Part shown: positions 19,597 to 29,880 of the stretch, one piece after another
Numbering within the stretch: position 1 is the stretch's first letter
Layout of the letters: the number at the start of each line of letters is the position of its first letter
Assembly: GCA_964563935.1 (NCBI GenBank)
Contig: CAZLZE010000004.1
Coordinates: 6,514 to 70,513, forward strand
Reading direction: 5' to 3'
Origin: an uncultured Phycisphaerae bacterium
GTDB lineage: Bacteria; Planctomycetota; Phycisphaerae; JAAYCJ01
Length of the DNA stretch: 64,000 nt
The notes under the pieces: model-generated
The model's database searches: none
What the model was told of the DNA's origin: nothing
The model's input: the letters and a program-made list of their open reading frames with translations, nothing else
Translations under genes and position numbers: made by a program

Positions 19597-21108
19597 ATGC
19601 TTGAGCGACAAGATGCAGACTGGGGCCGCGATTACCCCGAGGTAAACTTGCCTTCCGAGGCGGACTTGCAAGCTCTGGACGCATTGCGGGAACTCATGCC
19701 GCAAACGAGCCCGGGCAAACGCACAGAAGAGGCCACGCGACGAGGACTGCTCCGGGATCTCGCCAACGCCTTTGACCCAAAAGGTGAAGGAATCGAGAAG
19801 AAAAGGATCAGCGATCTGAAAACCGTACTGGTCGCCTTTCGCGCGACCGCAACCGCGCTGGGACACGTTCTGGAACCTCAGCCGGAATGCACAACGCCGA
19901 TTTTGAAACTGCAGTTGTCCCAGTGTCGAATCGAGGGCTGTGGAAATCTGTCCCGGACCATGCCTCGCATCCCATTTGGCCTGTGCTTCCACGAGTGCCT
20001 CTGGCCGAACTCCATCTATTTTACGGATGTCACCTTCGGTTCGATGGCGGATTTCCATTACAGCGAGTTCCACGCGGAAGCCAAGTTCTACCTGGTCAAA
20101 TTCGAGGGGGATGCCGATTTCCGAGGCGTGCGGTTCTGCAAGGACGCGGAATTCTGCGGCAGCGAGTTTCGTGAAAGCGCCTCATTCTTCATGGCTGCGT
20201 TCCACGGGTGCGCCAATTTCTCCGGAACGCGGTTCGACGGATCAAACGAGTTCTTGCAGACTACTTTCAGCGGTCCCGTGGATTTTCGCGACGCCGATTT
20301 CGCGCAGCCGCTCGATCTTCGCAAAATAGAACATACGGACCAACTGACCTGGAACTTCCACAACGTGAAGTTCAACGGCAGCACGATCCTCGCCGGCCAT
20401 CTTCACATCAATAGCGAATCCCTGCACCGCTGGAAGTGGTTCCTGCCCGGATGGATAGGATTGATCCACGGGGACAGCAAGTGGCCTGTGTCGTTCATCG
20501 CCCTGGGTCAGACGATATGGCAGATATGGAGGGGAAGGGAACGAGTGGGGGATTTCATGAAACACTACCGCCGCCACTATCGCCACGCGAGAGAAGACAT
20601 GCTCGCCGCCTGCGAGCAGTACGGCGTCCTGGAGGCGAACGTAAGCGTCCAGCCGTACGCGGACTCCTGGGATACACGCGACTGGTGTCACTTCCGATAT
20701 CTTGACCTGCACCGGCGGACGCGAAGACGGTTATTCTGTCCTCAGCGATGGGCCAACTGGTTGTTCCTCAAGTGGTGCTTCGGGTACGGCGCGTATCCGA
20801 GGCATGTGTTGGTGGCCGGATTGGTAACGATCGTTCTTTTCGCCCTGGTGTATACCTTTTGGCTGCCGCAGCATCTCTGGACCTCCTGCGATCCGACCAT
20901 GCCCAACCACAACCTGGCGGTCGAAAACACATGGTACTATCGATTCGGTAACGCGATGTATTTCTCCGTAATCACATTCGCTACGGTCGGATACGGCGAC
21001 TGGCACCCGGTGCACTATGCCAAGCCCGTGGCCGCCATAGAGGGACTACTCGGCATCCTCATCATGTCCGTGTTTACGGTCTCATTCGCCCGGAAAATTC
21101 TCCGATAG
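19597..21108 (+). CDS. pentapeptide-repeat protein fused to a 2-TM potassium-channel pore domain
   Basis: Residues ~150-260 are tandem pentapeptide repeats (ADFRG/VRFCK/DAEFC...). The C-terminus has TM1, a pore helix with K+ selectivity filter 'TVGYGD', and TM2. Confidence 0.7.
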   Translation: MLERQDADWGRDYPEVNLPSEADLQALDALRELMPQTSPGKRTEEATRRGLLRDLANAFDPKGEGIEKKRISDLKTVLVAFRATATALGHVLEPQPECTTPILKLQLSQCRIEGCGNLSRTMPRIPFGLCFHECLWPNSIYFTDVTFGSMADFHYSEFHAEAKFYLVKFEGDADFRGVRFCKDAEFCGSEFRESASFFMAAFHGCANFSGTRFDGSNEFLQTTFSGPVDFRDADFAQPLDLRKIEHTDQLTWNFHNVKFNGSTILAGHLHINSESLHRWKWFLPGWIGLIHGDSKWPVSFIALGQTIWQIWRGRERVGDFMKHYRRHYRHAREDMLAACEQYGVLEANVSVQPYADSWDTRDWCHFRYLDLHRRTRRRLFCPQRWANWLFLKWCFGYGAYPRHVLVAGLVTIVLFALVYTFWLPQHLWTSCDPTMPNHNLAVENTWYYRFGNAMYFSVITFATVGYGDWHPVHYAKPVAAIEGLLGILIMSVFTVSFARKILR

Positions 21109-21265
21109 GAGAACAAATGAAGCGGAAATACGCAAAGAAGGCACGGCAAAGCATGGGATCACCGTGGCATCTGAATCCGTTTCCGACGGTCGTTATTTTT
21201 TATTTGCAGGGTCTGTGAAGGTAATGTATTATTTTTGAATACAGAAATCTAGAGAGGGCATTCCA

Positions 21266-23416
21266 ATGACAAACGTTTGTTCTGCGCCAAAGACGCCATT
21301 ACTTCACGGGGACATGGACACGTTACTCTCTCGGGAATGGTTGATTTCAAACAAACTTGGGAGCTACGCTTCGTCCACGGTTCTCAACTGCAACACCCGC
21401 CGCTATCACGGAATGATGATCTCAGCCAACATTCCGCCGCTCGGCCGTGTCGTCACCGTAAGCAACTTCCTCGAACGGTTGATCATCGACGGCGTTGAAC
21501 ATCAGTTGAGCAATTTCGAATTCAACGGCGCCATTCATCCGCATGGATTCCAGTCGCAGACGTCGTTCCAACGCCAGAGCGAGGACGATCTGTCCAGCGT
21601 TTCGTTTGTGTACCAGGTGGACGACGTGACGTTCATTCGCACGCTGTGGCTGTTCGCCGACCATAATACGGCACTGGCCTACTGGCTGGCGGTCGATGGC
21701 AAAGGAATACGTCCGCTCCGCCTTTGCGTCCACCCCCTTCTGGCCATGCGAGACTTCCACATGCTGCGAAGGCAATCGGCGGGCAATCCGTTCAGCATGA
21801 AGCAGGAAAATCAGACGATAAGCGTGAAAGTCCCCGCCTTCGGTCCGGACAAGATGAACAAGTTCTACGGACTGTACCTGACCCCGACCGGTCTTCGCGG
21901 ACCGGTAAAGACCGATTTCACCTCCATGCCCGACTGGTGGTATAACTTCCGCTACCGGGTGGAAGCTGAGCGAGGCCAGGACTGCGGTGAAGACATCTTC
22001 ATGCCCGGGTTCTTCGAACTTCAGGGCCAAGGCCGAGTGGGATACGGACTCTGGCTGGACACCGAAGGACTCAGTCACGGCGAATTGGACAAGCTGCTGA
22101 CAAAAGTCAACTACCATCTGCAGTCAGCCCAGGGACCGCTGACCATTGTGGAAGAAGTCTCATCGACGCTGGCGCCATCGGTAGACAGTACAAGCGATAA
22201 TCCCTTGAATGAACCTGTGGAAACGACGCTTCGCAAGGCGGCCACGCAGTTCGTCGTGCGACGCAAGGACCTTAAGGGCAAGGACCGGTGGACCATCCTG
22301 GCCGGGTTCCCCTGGTTCGGTGACTGGGGACGGGACACGTTCATCTCCCTGCCCGGACTGCTGCTTGCCACGGGACGATACGAACAGGCGCTCGATTGCC
22401 TCCTGCTGTTCGGATCGGCGGAATCGGACGGCTTGATTCCGAATCGATTCGATGACTACGGCGGCGAACCGGAATACAACACGGTCGATGCCTCCTTGTG
22501 GTACATCTACGCCGTGGACGAGTACCTTCGCACAAGTGGAGACACCGAGAGTTGGAAGAAACACCTCCAGAAAATATGCCTGGCAATCATCGACAACTAC
22601 ATCGCGGGGACGCGGTACGGAATCAAGGTCGACGCGAGTGACGGACTGGTCTTCGCCGGCGATAGTCAGACCCAATTGACCTGGATGGACGCCCGGTGCG
22701 GAAACATATCCTTCACGCCCCGATGGGGAAAACCGGTCGAAATCAACGCCCTGTGGTACAACGCCCTGAAAATCGTGGCCGAGCGACTCGATAGCCGCAA
22801 GAAGAAAAAATCGCAGGAATTGACCGAATTGGCGGAAAAAGTGGCGGAAAGCTTCCAGACCAGGTTCTGGTACCGCGACGGTCAATATCTGTACGACTGC
22901 GTCCGGGACGACTTTAGCGATCCCACGATCCGCCCCAACCAAATCTATGCCGTAAGCCTGCGACATAGCCCGCTGCGAAAGGATCAGCAGCGACTGGTGG
23001 TCGACTGCGTACAGCGGAACCTCCTGACTCCCTTCGGCTTGAGAACACTGAACCCGGCGAACCCGGCCTACAAAGGCATGTGCACCGGCGACCAGTTCCA
23101 GCGGGACAGCGCCTATCACCAGGGAACGGTTTGGGCGTACCTGATGGGACCGTTCATCGAAGCATATCTCAAGGTCAACGATTATTCCATGACGGCGGGC
23201 ACCCTCGCCCGTGATTTCATGAAACCCTTGCTAGGCCACTTGTATGAAGCGGGGATCGGATCAATCAGCGAAATATTCGACGGCAATGAACCCCACAAGC
23301 CGCGAGGATGCATCGCCCAGGCGTGGTCCATCGCTGAAATCATCCGAACCCAATTGGCGATTCGGCAATGCCAGGAGCATAAACTCTCGTCCGAGACGCC
23401 GGTACAAAATCTGTAA
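21266..23416 (+). CDS. glycogen debranching enzyme (archaeal-type GDE; amylo-alpha-1,6-glucosidase family)
   Basis: N-terminal 'EWLISNKLGSYASSTV...TRRYHG' and a C-terminal (alpha/alpha)6 GDE_C-like region, 716 aa. Confidence 0.75.
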   Translation: MTNVCSAPKTPLLHGDMDTLLSREWLISNKLGSYASSTVLNCNTRRYHGMMISANIPPLGRVVTVSNFLERLIIDGVEHQLSNFEFNGAIHPHGFQSQTSFQRQSEDDLSSVSFVYQVDDVTFIRTLWLFADHNTALAYWLAVDGKGIRPLRLCVHPLLAMRDFHMLRRQSAGNPFSMKQENQTISVKVPAFGPDKMNKFYGLYLTPTGLRGPVKTDFTSMPDWWYNFRYRVEAERGQDCGEDIFMPGFFELQGQGRVGYGLWLDTEGLSHGELDKLLTKVNYHLQSAQGPLTIVEEVSSTLAPSVDSTSDNPLNEPVETTLRKAATQFVVRRKDLKGKDRWTILAGFPWFGDWGRDTFISLPGLLLATGRYEQALDCLLLFGSAESDGLIPNRFDDYGGEPEYNTVDASLWYIYAVDEYLRTSGDTESWKKHLQKICLAIIDNYIAGTRYGIKVDASDGLVFAGDSQTQLTWMDARCGNISFTPRWGKPVEINALWYNALKIVAERLDSRKKKKSQELTELAEKVAESFQTRFWYRDGQYLYDCVRDDFSDPTIRPNQIYAVSLRHSPLRKDQQRLVVDCVQRNLLTPFGLRTLNPANPAYKGMCTGDQFQRDSAYHQGTVWAYLMGPFIEAYLKVNDYSMTAGTLARDFMKPLLGHLYEAGIGSISEIFDGNEPHKPRGCIAQAWSIAEIIRTQLAIRQCQEHKLSSETPVQNL

Positions 23417-23459
23417 ACCTCAACAGGGCTTGCGAAAACAAACGTCTCTGCCGCATGGC

Positions 23460-24305
23460 TCAGTTCAGGACAAGGACCTCAAGCCCATACAGAGGCAGAT
23501 TCGTGACCATGCAAATCCGAACGGCGGACGGACCAATCTCAACCAACCGTGCCTCCGGAATCTGGTTCAACCATCCGGCGTAATCAAGCCGTGAGAGTCG
23601 TGTGGGCCGGATCGGCAATCGCCCCACCTCCACATCCAAGCTGAACATTGTGCTCGAACTGATATTCTGAACACTCAGAATGATTCCTCGCGGCGTATCC
23701 GTTCGCGTTGGAAGAACGGGGACACTTCCACCGACGAACATATCGACATGACCTCTCCCCAGCCACCTGAGAGTCTCGTACAGAAGCGCCTTTCGCCGCC
23801 GAAGCGGATAGTTCACGCCGCAAAAGCAGACCGCAGGATCGCCCGCCACAGGCAGAATGGCGACTCGTCCACCCAGATCGTTCTCGTACCAGATCAGACC
23901 AGGACAGATCGCCCTGCCATATTCGTTAAGAACTTCAGTTATTACCGTACATTCCTTCACCGGACGATGGCAGACATACCTGTCCGAACCCGCCGAATCA
24001 ACTGGCACCTGTTCCCCAACAAAACAGAGTCCCCCATGCACGACTTCCTCGGCGGTCGGCGTCCCATACGCCTCAATGTCCAATATTTCCCGCGTTCTCA
24101 AGCCGATGGCTGCGCCAAAACCCCGATCAATCAAAATACCGGCCGATTCCGCATCCAGAAGCATCCCTCCGGCAAGCATTTTGAGGATTCTGGACTCATC
24201 GACGTAACCCAGCATATCGCCCGCTGCGAAACGGACTTCGGCATCGCAGCAGGTGACCGGTACCCCGCATTTCATGATTGAAGAAACAGCGTCGAAGGGG
24301 TCCAT
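23460..24305 (-). CDS. hypothetical protein
   Basis: Long minus-strand ORF (344 aa from 24494) with no recognised motif. Start chosen at the internal Met. Overlapping plus-strand ORFs are shorter. Confidence 0.3.
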   Translation of the reverse strand: MDPFDAVSSIMKCGVPVTCCDAEVRFAAGDMLGYVDESRILKMLAGGMLLDAESAGILIDRGFGAAIGLRTREILDIEAYGTPTAEEVVHGGLCFVGEQVPVDSAGSDRYVCHRPVKECTVITEVLNEYGRAICPGLIWYENDLGGRVAILPVAGDPAVCFCGVNYPLRRRKALLYETLRWLGRGHVDMFVGGSVPVLPTRTDTPRGIILSVQNISSSTMFSLDVEVGRLPIRPTRLSRLDYAGWLNQIPEARLVEIGPSAVRICMVTNLPLYGLEVLVLN

Positions 24306-24551
24306 CGGCGAAGCCGATATATGCGACACAACGCCGATCCCCCGGTCTTGCCGTTCCCCCGATAGCAGTCTCTTTAGACCGCGAAAAAACGGCCTGGAGT
24401 CCCTAAGCCGTTTTCCTTGCGTCCGATCACTTGCCGGATGAAGCTCGTTCGACCACTTTCCCGCATCGGCATCAACCATCATTCCACTCCTCAAGATTGT
24501 TCCGTAATTATATCCCGAGAGTGGAAGATAGTTCCCGAACGCTCGAACCCG

Positions 24552-25016
24552 CTATCGTCCCTGATTCTTGTGATACTTCTCTTGCCAAGCGACGCTGAAA
24601 TTTGCGCCGCACTTGGGACACCTGTCGTCAAAAATCCCTTTGACCGGGTCAACCTTCATGATGAAGATTTCCGAACATTTGGGACACTCGACGGCCTGAG
24701 TCAACGCCTTCTTGCCGCACTTTTCGCACGGCAGAACCATTGGTCCCGGCATGGGCCCGCCCTGCCCGGCAGGCTGAATCTTCATCAATTCCCTGATGGT
24801 GAAGTGCTGAACGTTCCCACAATTGATGCACTTGAAGGGAATCTTCCGGCGGGAATCGAACCCGTCACGCCTGACGGCGCCGTCAATCACCGTCACAACG
24901 GCCATCGCCAACACGATCACGGTCAGAACGACCAGCGGAACCGGTTGGCCCCCACTACTGCCCCCAAAGGTAAGACCCGACAACCACGGCCTGAACCACA
25001 ACGATTTGCTTCGCAT
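24552..25016 (-). CDS. membrane-anchored multi-zinc-ribbon protein
   Basis: N-terminal TM helix, then CxxC pairs ('CINCG','CEKCG','CPKCS','CPKCG'), 154 aa. Confidence 0.45.
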   Translation of the reverse strand: MRSKSLWFRPWLSGLTFGGSSGGQPVPLVVLTVIVLAMAVVTVIDGAVRRDGFDSRRKIPFKCINCGNVQHFTIRELMKIQPAGQGGPMPGPMVLPCEKCGKKALTQAVECPKCSEIFIMKVDPVKGIFDDRCPKCGANFSVAWQEKYHKNQGR

Positions 25017-25180
25017 CGTCCAGCCCTCGCAAAAAATGGTTTTGAGACGGGAAAAGCCTCGCTCTTATTATACCCGATCTTCGAAATCGTCAAAACAGAA
25101 AACGTACCCCACAGAACAGAAGAAGCCGACCCGAAATCGAGTCGGCTTCTGGATGTACCTCGGTTGTACAAGTCGAATTT

Positions 25181-27187
25181 CTACGCCGCGGAAGCCGCCA
25201 CTTCCGTCCGTTGCGGCAACGGAACCACGCTGTGCTCCGCAAGTTGATCCTTGACGAGCGACCAATACTGACCACGCTTGTCGAAGAGTTCCTGGTGCAG
25301 GCCCGTCTCAACAACCTTGCCCTGATTCATAACCACGATCAGATCGGCATTGGAAGCCGCCGACACGCGGTGCGAAATCATAATCACAGTCTTCCCCTTC
25401 AACGCCGTCTTGAAGGTCTTCTGAATCTTCGCTTCCGTCTCGGCGTCCAACGCGCTGGTGCAATCGTCAAGCACAAGAATGTCCGGATCGGTCACCAGGG
25501 CGCGGGCCAGGCTGATACGCTGCTTCTGTCCACCCGAAAGCCGCAGACCGTTTTCGCCGATCACCGTCTCATACTTATCGGGCAGGGTCATAATATAATC
25601 ATGAATCTCCGCCGCCTTGGCCGCCGCAATCATCTGCTCTTCGGTGGCATCGGGATTTCCGTACAGAATATTGTTGGCCAGCGTTCCCGAAAACAGAATC
25701 GGCTCCTGCGGAACGTAAGATATACGCCGCCGCCAGTGGGAAATCTTGATATCCTTCAGATTCACGCCGTCAACCGTAATGTCACCCGACGTCGGATCGT
25801 AAAGCCGCAAAAGCTGAATGCCCAGCGTGCTCTTGCCGGCTCCGGAAGAACCCATGAGGCAGACATTCTGCCCGCTGCGGATCTTCAAATTGATGTCCTG
25901 CAGCGCCCAGGGGCTATCGTCCTTGTACCTGAACGAAATGTTCTTCACGTCAATCTCGCCGCGGAACCGATCGATGTCGCGGGCGCCCGGATGGTCGGCG
26001 ATGATAATCGGCTCGTCGAGCACTTCCAGCACGCGTTCGCAGGCAATTCGCACCCACTGAATCCACGCACTGGTATTGCTCAGCACAGCGATGGGCCAGA
26101 ACAAACCCCAAGACACGCCGTAGAAAAATAAAAGATATCCGACGGTCATTTCACCGGCCTTGACCATCGTCACGCCAATCCCCAGAGGAATAGCAGTGGC
26201 CATCACGGCGATAAACGTACAGATCATCGAAAGCATATTGTTCAGAACCACTATCTTCCGGTTCCGCCGGAAAAGGTCCGCCGCGCCGCGGAAGAACTGG
26301 AGCAGTTCCCGCTTCTCCTGACCGAACCCCTTGATGATACGCGGGTTCGCCAGACGATCGCGGATCAGACCATACAACGCGGAATTCTTCTTCCGCTGCT
26401 CACGGTGAAGATCGCGCATCCGATCGCACAGGGTCCTGTGGGCCCAGAAATAAAACGGCAGCGACAACAGTGAAATTCCCGTCAGCTTCGGGGAAATCCA
26501 GTACATAATCGAAATATTGATGATCAGTAAACCGAAAATCTGAGTCATCGTGGTGATGATCGGCGTGAAGTTGCCCTCGATCACCGAAATATCGTCGATC
26601 GCCCGGGCCAAAAGCCGACCCGTCTGATGCTGATTGTGGAAACTCAACTGCAGACGCATGAGCTTCTCGTGCATGTGACGCCTCATGCGGAAGACAATCT
26701 GCTTGACCATCACCCCGAGATTCACGTTGGTCCACGTATTGATCGCAATGGCAAACAAGTGCGTGAATACAAGTCCCAACGCAACAAGAACGAGCATCTC
26801 GAGCTTCTGCGCAACGGGCTTTCCTGGCCGGGCCGCAATCCGATCCTGCAAACCTCCGTCGGCCGACACGTTCGAGGTCAGGAGGGCCTGCTTCTGATTC
26901 TGAATGTCCACCGGCAACGGCCTGTCCGCCACCCGCGAACTCAACACCGCCTGTTCCCGCCGAATGTTCGGAAGCTCGACGTCCGAGTTCACAAACTTGC
27001 CCGGCTGACCGTGGAGCATCGGCGAAAGCACCAGGTTGACCTCCAAAACGTTGTCAACCAGATACCGTCCGATCGCGGAGAGCACCGATCCTTCCGCGGC
27101 ACACAGAACATAGCACATCACGGCCAGGAGCAGACTCGCAAAATGCGCCCGAAAGTACCGTCTGTAGATCTGATACATCGCGTTCAT
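25181..27187 (-). CDS. ABC exporter, fused permease/ATPase (type I exporter half-transporter)
   Basis: Walker A 'GSSGAGKST', signature 'LSGGQKQRISLARAL', Walker B 'ILVLDD', and an N-terminal 6-TM domain. Confidence 0.8.
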   Translation of the reverse strand: MNAMYQIYRRYFRAHFASLLLAVMCYVLCAAEGSVLSAIGRYLVDNVLEVNLVLSPMLHGQPGKFVNSDVELPNIRREQAVLSSRVADRPLPVDIQNQKQALLTSNVSADGGLQDRIAARPGKPVAQKLEMLVLVALGLVFTHLFAIAINTWTNVNLGVMVKQIVFRMRRHMHEKLMRLQLSFHNQHQTGRLLARAIDDISVIEGNFTPIITTMTQIFGLLIINISIMYWISPKLTGISLLSLPFYFWAHRTLCDRMRDLHREQRKKNSALYGLIRDRLANPRIIKGFGQEKRELLQFFRGAADLFRRNRKIVVLNNMLSMICTFIAVMATAIPLGIGVTMVKAGEMTVGYLLFFYGVSWGLFWPIAVLSNTSAWIQWVRIACERVLEVLDEPIIIADHPGARDIDRFRGEIDVKNISFRYKDDSPWALQDINLKIRSGQNVCLMGSSGAGKSTLGIQLLRLYDPTSGDITVDGVNLKDIKISHWRRRISYVPQEPILFSGTLANNILYGNPDATEEQMIAAAKAAEIHDYIMTLPDKYETVIGENGLRLSGGQKQRISLARALVTDPDILVLDDCTSALDAETEAKIQKTFKTALKGKTVIMISHRVSAASNADLIVVMNQGKVVETGLHQELFDKRGQYWSLVKDQLAEHSVVPLPQRTEVAASAA

Positions 27188-27216
27188 GACTTTCCTAGCC
27201 TCTCCACCCTTTTCCC

Positions 27217-28947
27217 TTATGCGACCTTCGTAAACTGTGTAAAATACAGATGCCGGTAATGACCGTCCTTGTTCGCCAGCAATTCCTCATGACGTCCCAT
27301 TTCCAAAATCTCCCCTTTGGAAAGAACTACGATCAAATCGGCGCCGACGATCGTACTGAGTCGGTGCGCGACCACAAACGATGTTCGATTGGCCATGATC
27401 CGATTCAAAGCCTTCTGCAGCAGCCGCTCGGACTCCGTATCCAGCGAACTCGTCGCTTCGTCCAGAACGAGAATGGCCGGGTCCGCCAGCAACGCGCGGG
27501 CGATAATCAACCGCTGCTTCTGACCCACCGACAACTTCATCCCCTCCTCCCCGAGAAACGTATCATAGCCGTCCGGAAGCTCCGTAATCGTCTTATGAAT
27601 CTCCGCCGCCTTGGCCGCCGCGATAATCTCCTCCATCGGAGCCGTCGGCCGACCGTAAGCAATGTTCTCCCGAACCGTACCCTCAAAAAGAACAGGGTCC
27701 TGGGGCACCATGGCAATATTGTTCCGCAGACAGGCATGCGAATATCGATTGATGTCGATTCCGTCGATCAGTAATCGTCCCGACACAGGCCGATAGAACC
27801 GCAGCAGAAGTGAAATGATCGTCGTCTTCCCACACCCGGTGTGTCCGACCAACGCCACCGTCTTTCCCGCCGGCACGTCAATGTTGATATTCTTCAGAAC
27901 CAGGCTGTCCTTCTCGTATCCGAAGCACAGATTCTCGAGCGTCACATGCCCTTGGAATTTCTCCACATGCACCACATCCACCGGGTCCGGCGGCTCGGGC
28001 GGCTCGTCCAGCAGCTCACCAATCCGGTTCACCGAAATCATGGCCCGTTCCACCTGCTCCGTCATCTGGCTGAACCGCACTGCCGGCCCGAGCAGATAAA
28101 CACAGTAACTGGTAAACGCAATCACACTTCCCAACGTCATTTCGTTCTTCACAACCAGGTAACAGCCAAGAAGGTAGATACCCGTCTGACCCACCCAGTA
28201 TATAAGGTTGGCCGTCGTTCCGAAGGCAACCGAGAAATTGTGGACCTTCACACCGCTGTTCTTGGCTTCATACGCCTCGCCCGCAAACCGCTTGTCCTCA
28301 TGACGCTCCTGACCAAACGCCTTGACCGCCATCGCCCCTGACAGACGCTCCTGCATGCTCGAACTCATGTCCTCCATCTTCTCCCGCAGATGCTCCCCAT
28401 ATTCGCGAATCCGCTTGATAAAAAAATGATAGTTGAGTACGTACATGGGAACAAAAAGGCTCAAAAGGAGCGTCATTCGCCAATTCAGGCTCGTCATGAA
28501 GAAAACAGCCACCACACACGCGACAATATCCGAAGCCAACGTAATGGTCTGACCGGCCACCATCGACTGCACCTGGCCAACGTCACCCATCAACCGCTCC
28601 ATCAAGCCACCGGTCGAACTCTTATCGTAAAACCGCATGGGAAGGTTCTGAAGGTGCTGATAGAGTTTCCGACGCATGTCCAGAACCAGTTTGTCACCGA
28701 TCAGACTGATCGTATAGTTGTTGGCGAAGCCGATCAGGTTTCCAGTCAGGGGAGTAAGGACAAAAATAAACATTACGGGCCAAAATAGGTCATCCCGATG
28801 CGCGCCGATAACTTTATCGACGATCGTTCCGAGCAGGATCGGAGGCACCAGCGAGGTCGCCGTACACAACGCCGTCAAGACCACAGCCCTATAAAACCAC
28901 TTTTTATAAGGTCTTACGAATTTCCAGACTGTCTCTAAGTTGATCAT
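27217..28947 (-). CDS. ABC exporter, fused permease/ATPase (heterodimer partner)
   Basis: Walker A 'GHTGCGKTT', signature 'LSVGQKQRLIIARAL', Walker B 'ILVLDE'. Directly upstream of the other half-transporter. Confidence 0.8.
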   Translation of the reverse strand: MINLETVWKFVRPYKKWFYRAVVLTALCTATSLVPPILLGTIVDKVIGAHRDDLFWPVMFIFVLTPLTGNLIGFANNYTISLIGDKLVLDMRRKLYQHLQNLPMRFYDKSSTGGLMERLMGDVGQVQSMVAGQTITLASDIVACVVAVFFMTSLNWRMTLLLSLFVPMYVLNYHFFIKRIREYGEHLREKMEDMSSSMQERLSGAMAVKAFGQERHEDKRFAGEAYEAKNSGVKVHNFSVAFGTTANLIYWVGQTGIYLLGCYLVVKNEMTLGSVIAFTSYCVYLLGPAVRFSQMTEQVERAMISVNRIGELLDEPPEPPDPVDVVHVEKFQGHVTLENLCFGYEKDSLVLKNINIDVPAGKTVALVGHTGCGKTTIISLLLRFYRPVSGRLLIDGIDINRYSHACLRNNIAMVPQDPVLFEGTVRENIAYGRPTAPMEEIIAAAKAAEIHKTITELPDGYDTFLGEEGMKLSVGQKQRLIIARALLADPAILVLDEATSSLDTESERLLQKALNRIMANRTSFVVAHRLSTIVGADLIVVLSKGEILEMGRHEELLANKDGHYRHLYFTQFTKVA

Positions 28948-29480
28948 TTTTGCACTGCGTGGAAAGTTGCCCCCAATAAATTAGCAACGCCCGGCATGCC
29001 CGCCATGCGTTGCTTGATCCGTCACCTCACCCAAGTTGGCACTTGGCTGAGAAAGTTGTACCGCTTAATTGAAAATTAAGCTTATAACCGCCTCCAGTTT
29101 TTCATGATTTCGCCCTATGTTAAGCAAGCTGGCAGATCGTTTATCCCCAAACAATCGCACCAGCCATCAGAACGAAATCATATTCTATTGTTTTAAACGC
29201 CTTTACGCGCCTTCACTTCTAATAATAATGATCGACTGAAAACAGCCGGTCGTTTTAATAAATATACCACAAAAAAAGACGGATGCAAATAAACCGGCGT
29301 TATTTCCGAATAAATAATGCGTTCATTCCGCCTATAGACGCATTATAACGCATTTTCAAAAGGAAGCAGACTACCATAAGAAGATGCATTGTCAAGCCAA
29401 AACGTTTACCAGGACACAAAAATTGTTCTGCTATTGTGGTCCAGGAAGGAAAAAGTGCCGAAATTATACCCTGTGCCCGA

Positions 29481-29509
29481 TTGACAATCAGACCCAAACC
29501 GCTTAGTAT
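29481..29509 (+). promoter_or_regulatory. tRNA-Thr promoter
   Basis: TTGACA (29481-29486), 17-nt spacer, TAGTAT (29504-29509), about 20 nt upstream of the tRNA 5' end. Confidence 0.55.
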
Positions 29510-29529
29510 TGTGTCGTCCGATTTGGGAC

Positions 29530-29601
29530 GCCGATGTAGCTCAATGGCAGAGCACGGCTTTCGTAAAGCCGGGGTTGTGGGTTCAACTCCCACCATCGGC
29601 T
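29530..29601 (+). tRNA. tRNA-Thr (anticodon CGU)
   Basis: Cloverleaf folded by hand. Acceptor GCCGATG/CATCGGC. D-arm GCTC-AATGGCA-GAGC. Anticodon arm CGGCT-TTCGTAA-AGCCG (anticodon CGT). T-arm GTGGG-TTCAACT-CCCAC. CCA not encoded. Confidence 0.8.
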
Positions 29602-29774
29602 TTGTGTCGTTTTTGGGACAGGGAAAGCAAATAACTTTTATTTATGCCCGCTTGGGGCTTGCTTTTATTTCCAGATTCTTATAGATTAGACTCTGGCACA
29701 TGGGAGTGATTAGTCGCATTAACCTATGTGCTGTTATTGTATTGAGAGAGAAAAACGAGTTTTTGCGGTTAAGA

Positions 29775-29819
29775 ACGCATGGGAGAGAGCCGCTGGTTCC
29801 CATGCGTTTTTTTGTTTTT
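29775..29819 (+). terminator. rho-independent terminator
   Basis: Stem ACGCATGGGA/TCCCATGCGT followed by TTTTTTTGTTTTT, in the 280-nt spacer between the tRNA and the PEP-CTERM gene. Confidence 0.65.
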
Positions 29820-29880
29820 GAGGTATGGGCGGCGGGTCTGGGAAACGATTCGTTTTCAGGCATGTTTGAAGGAGCGGAAT

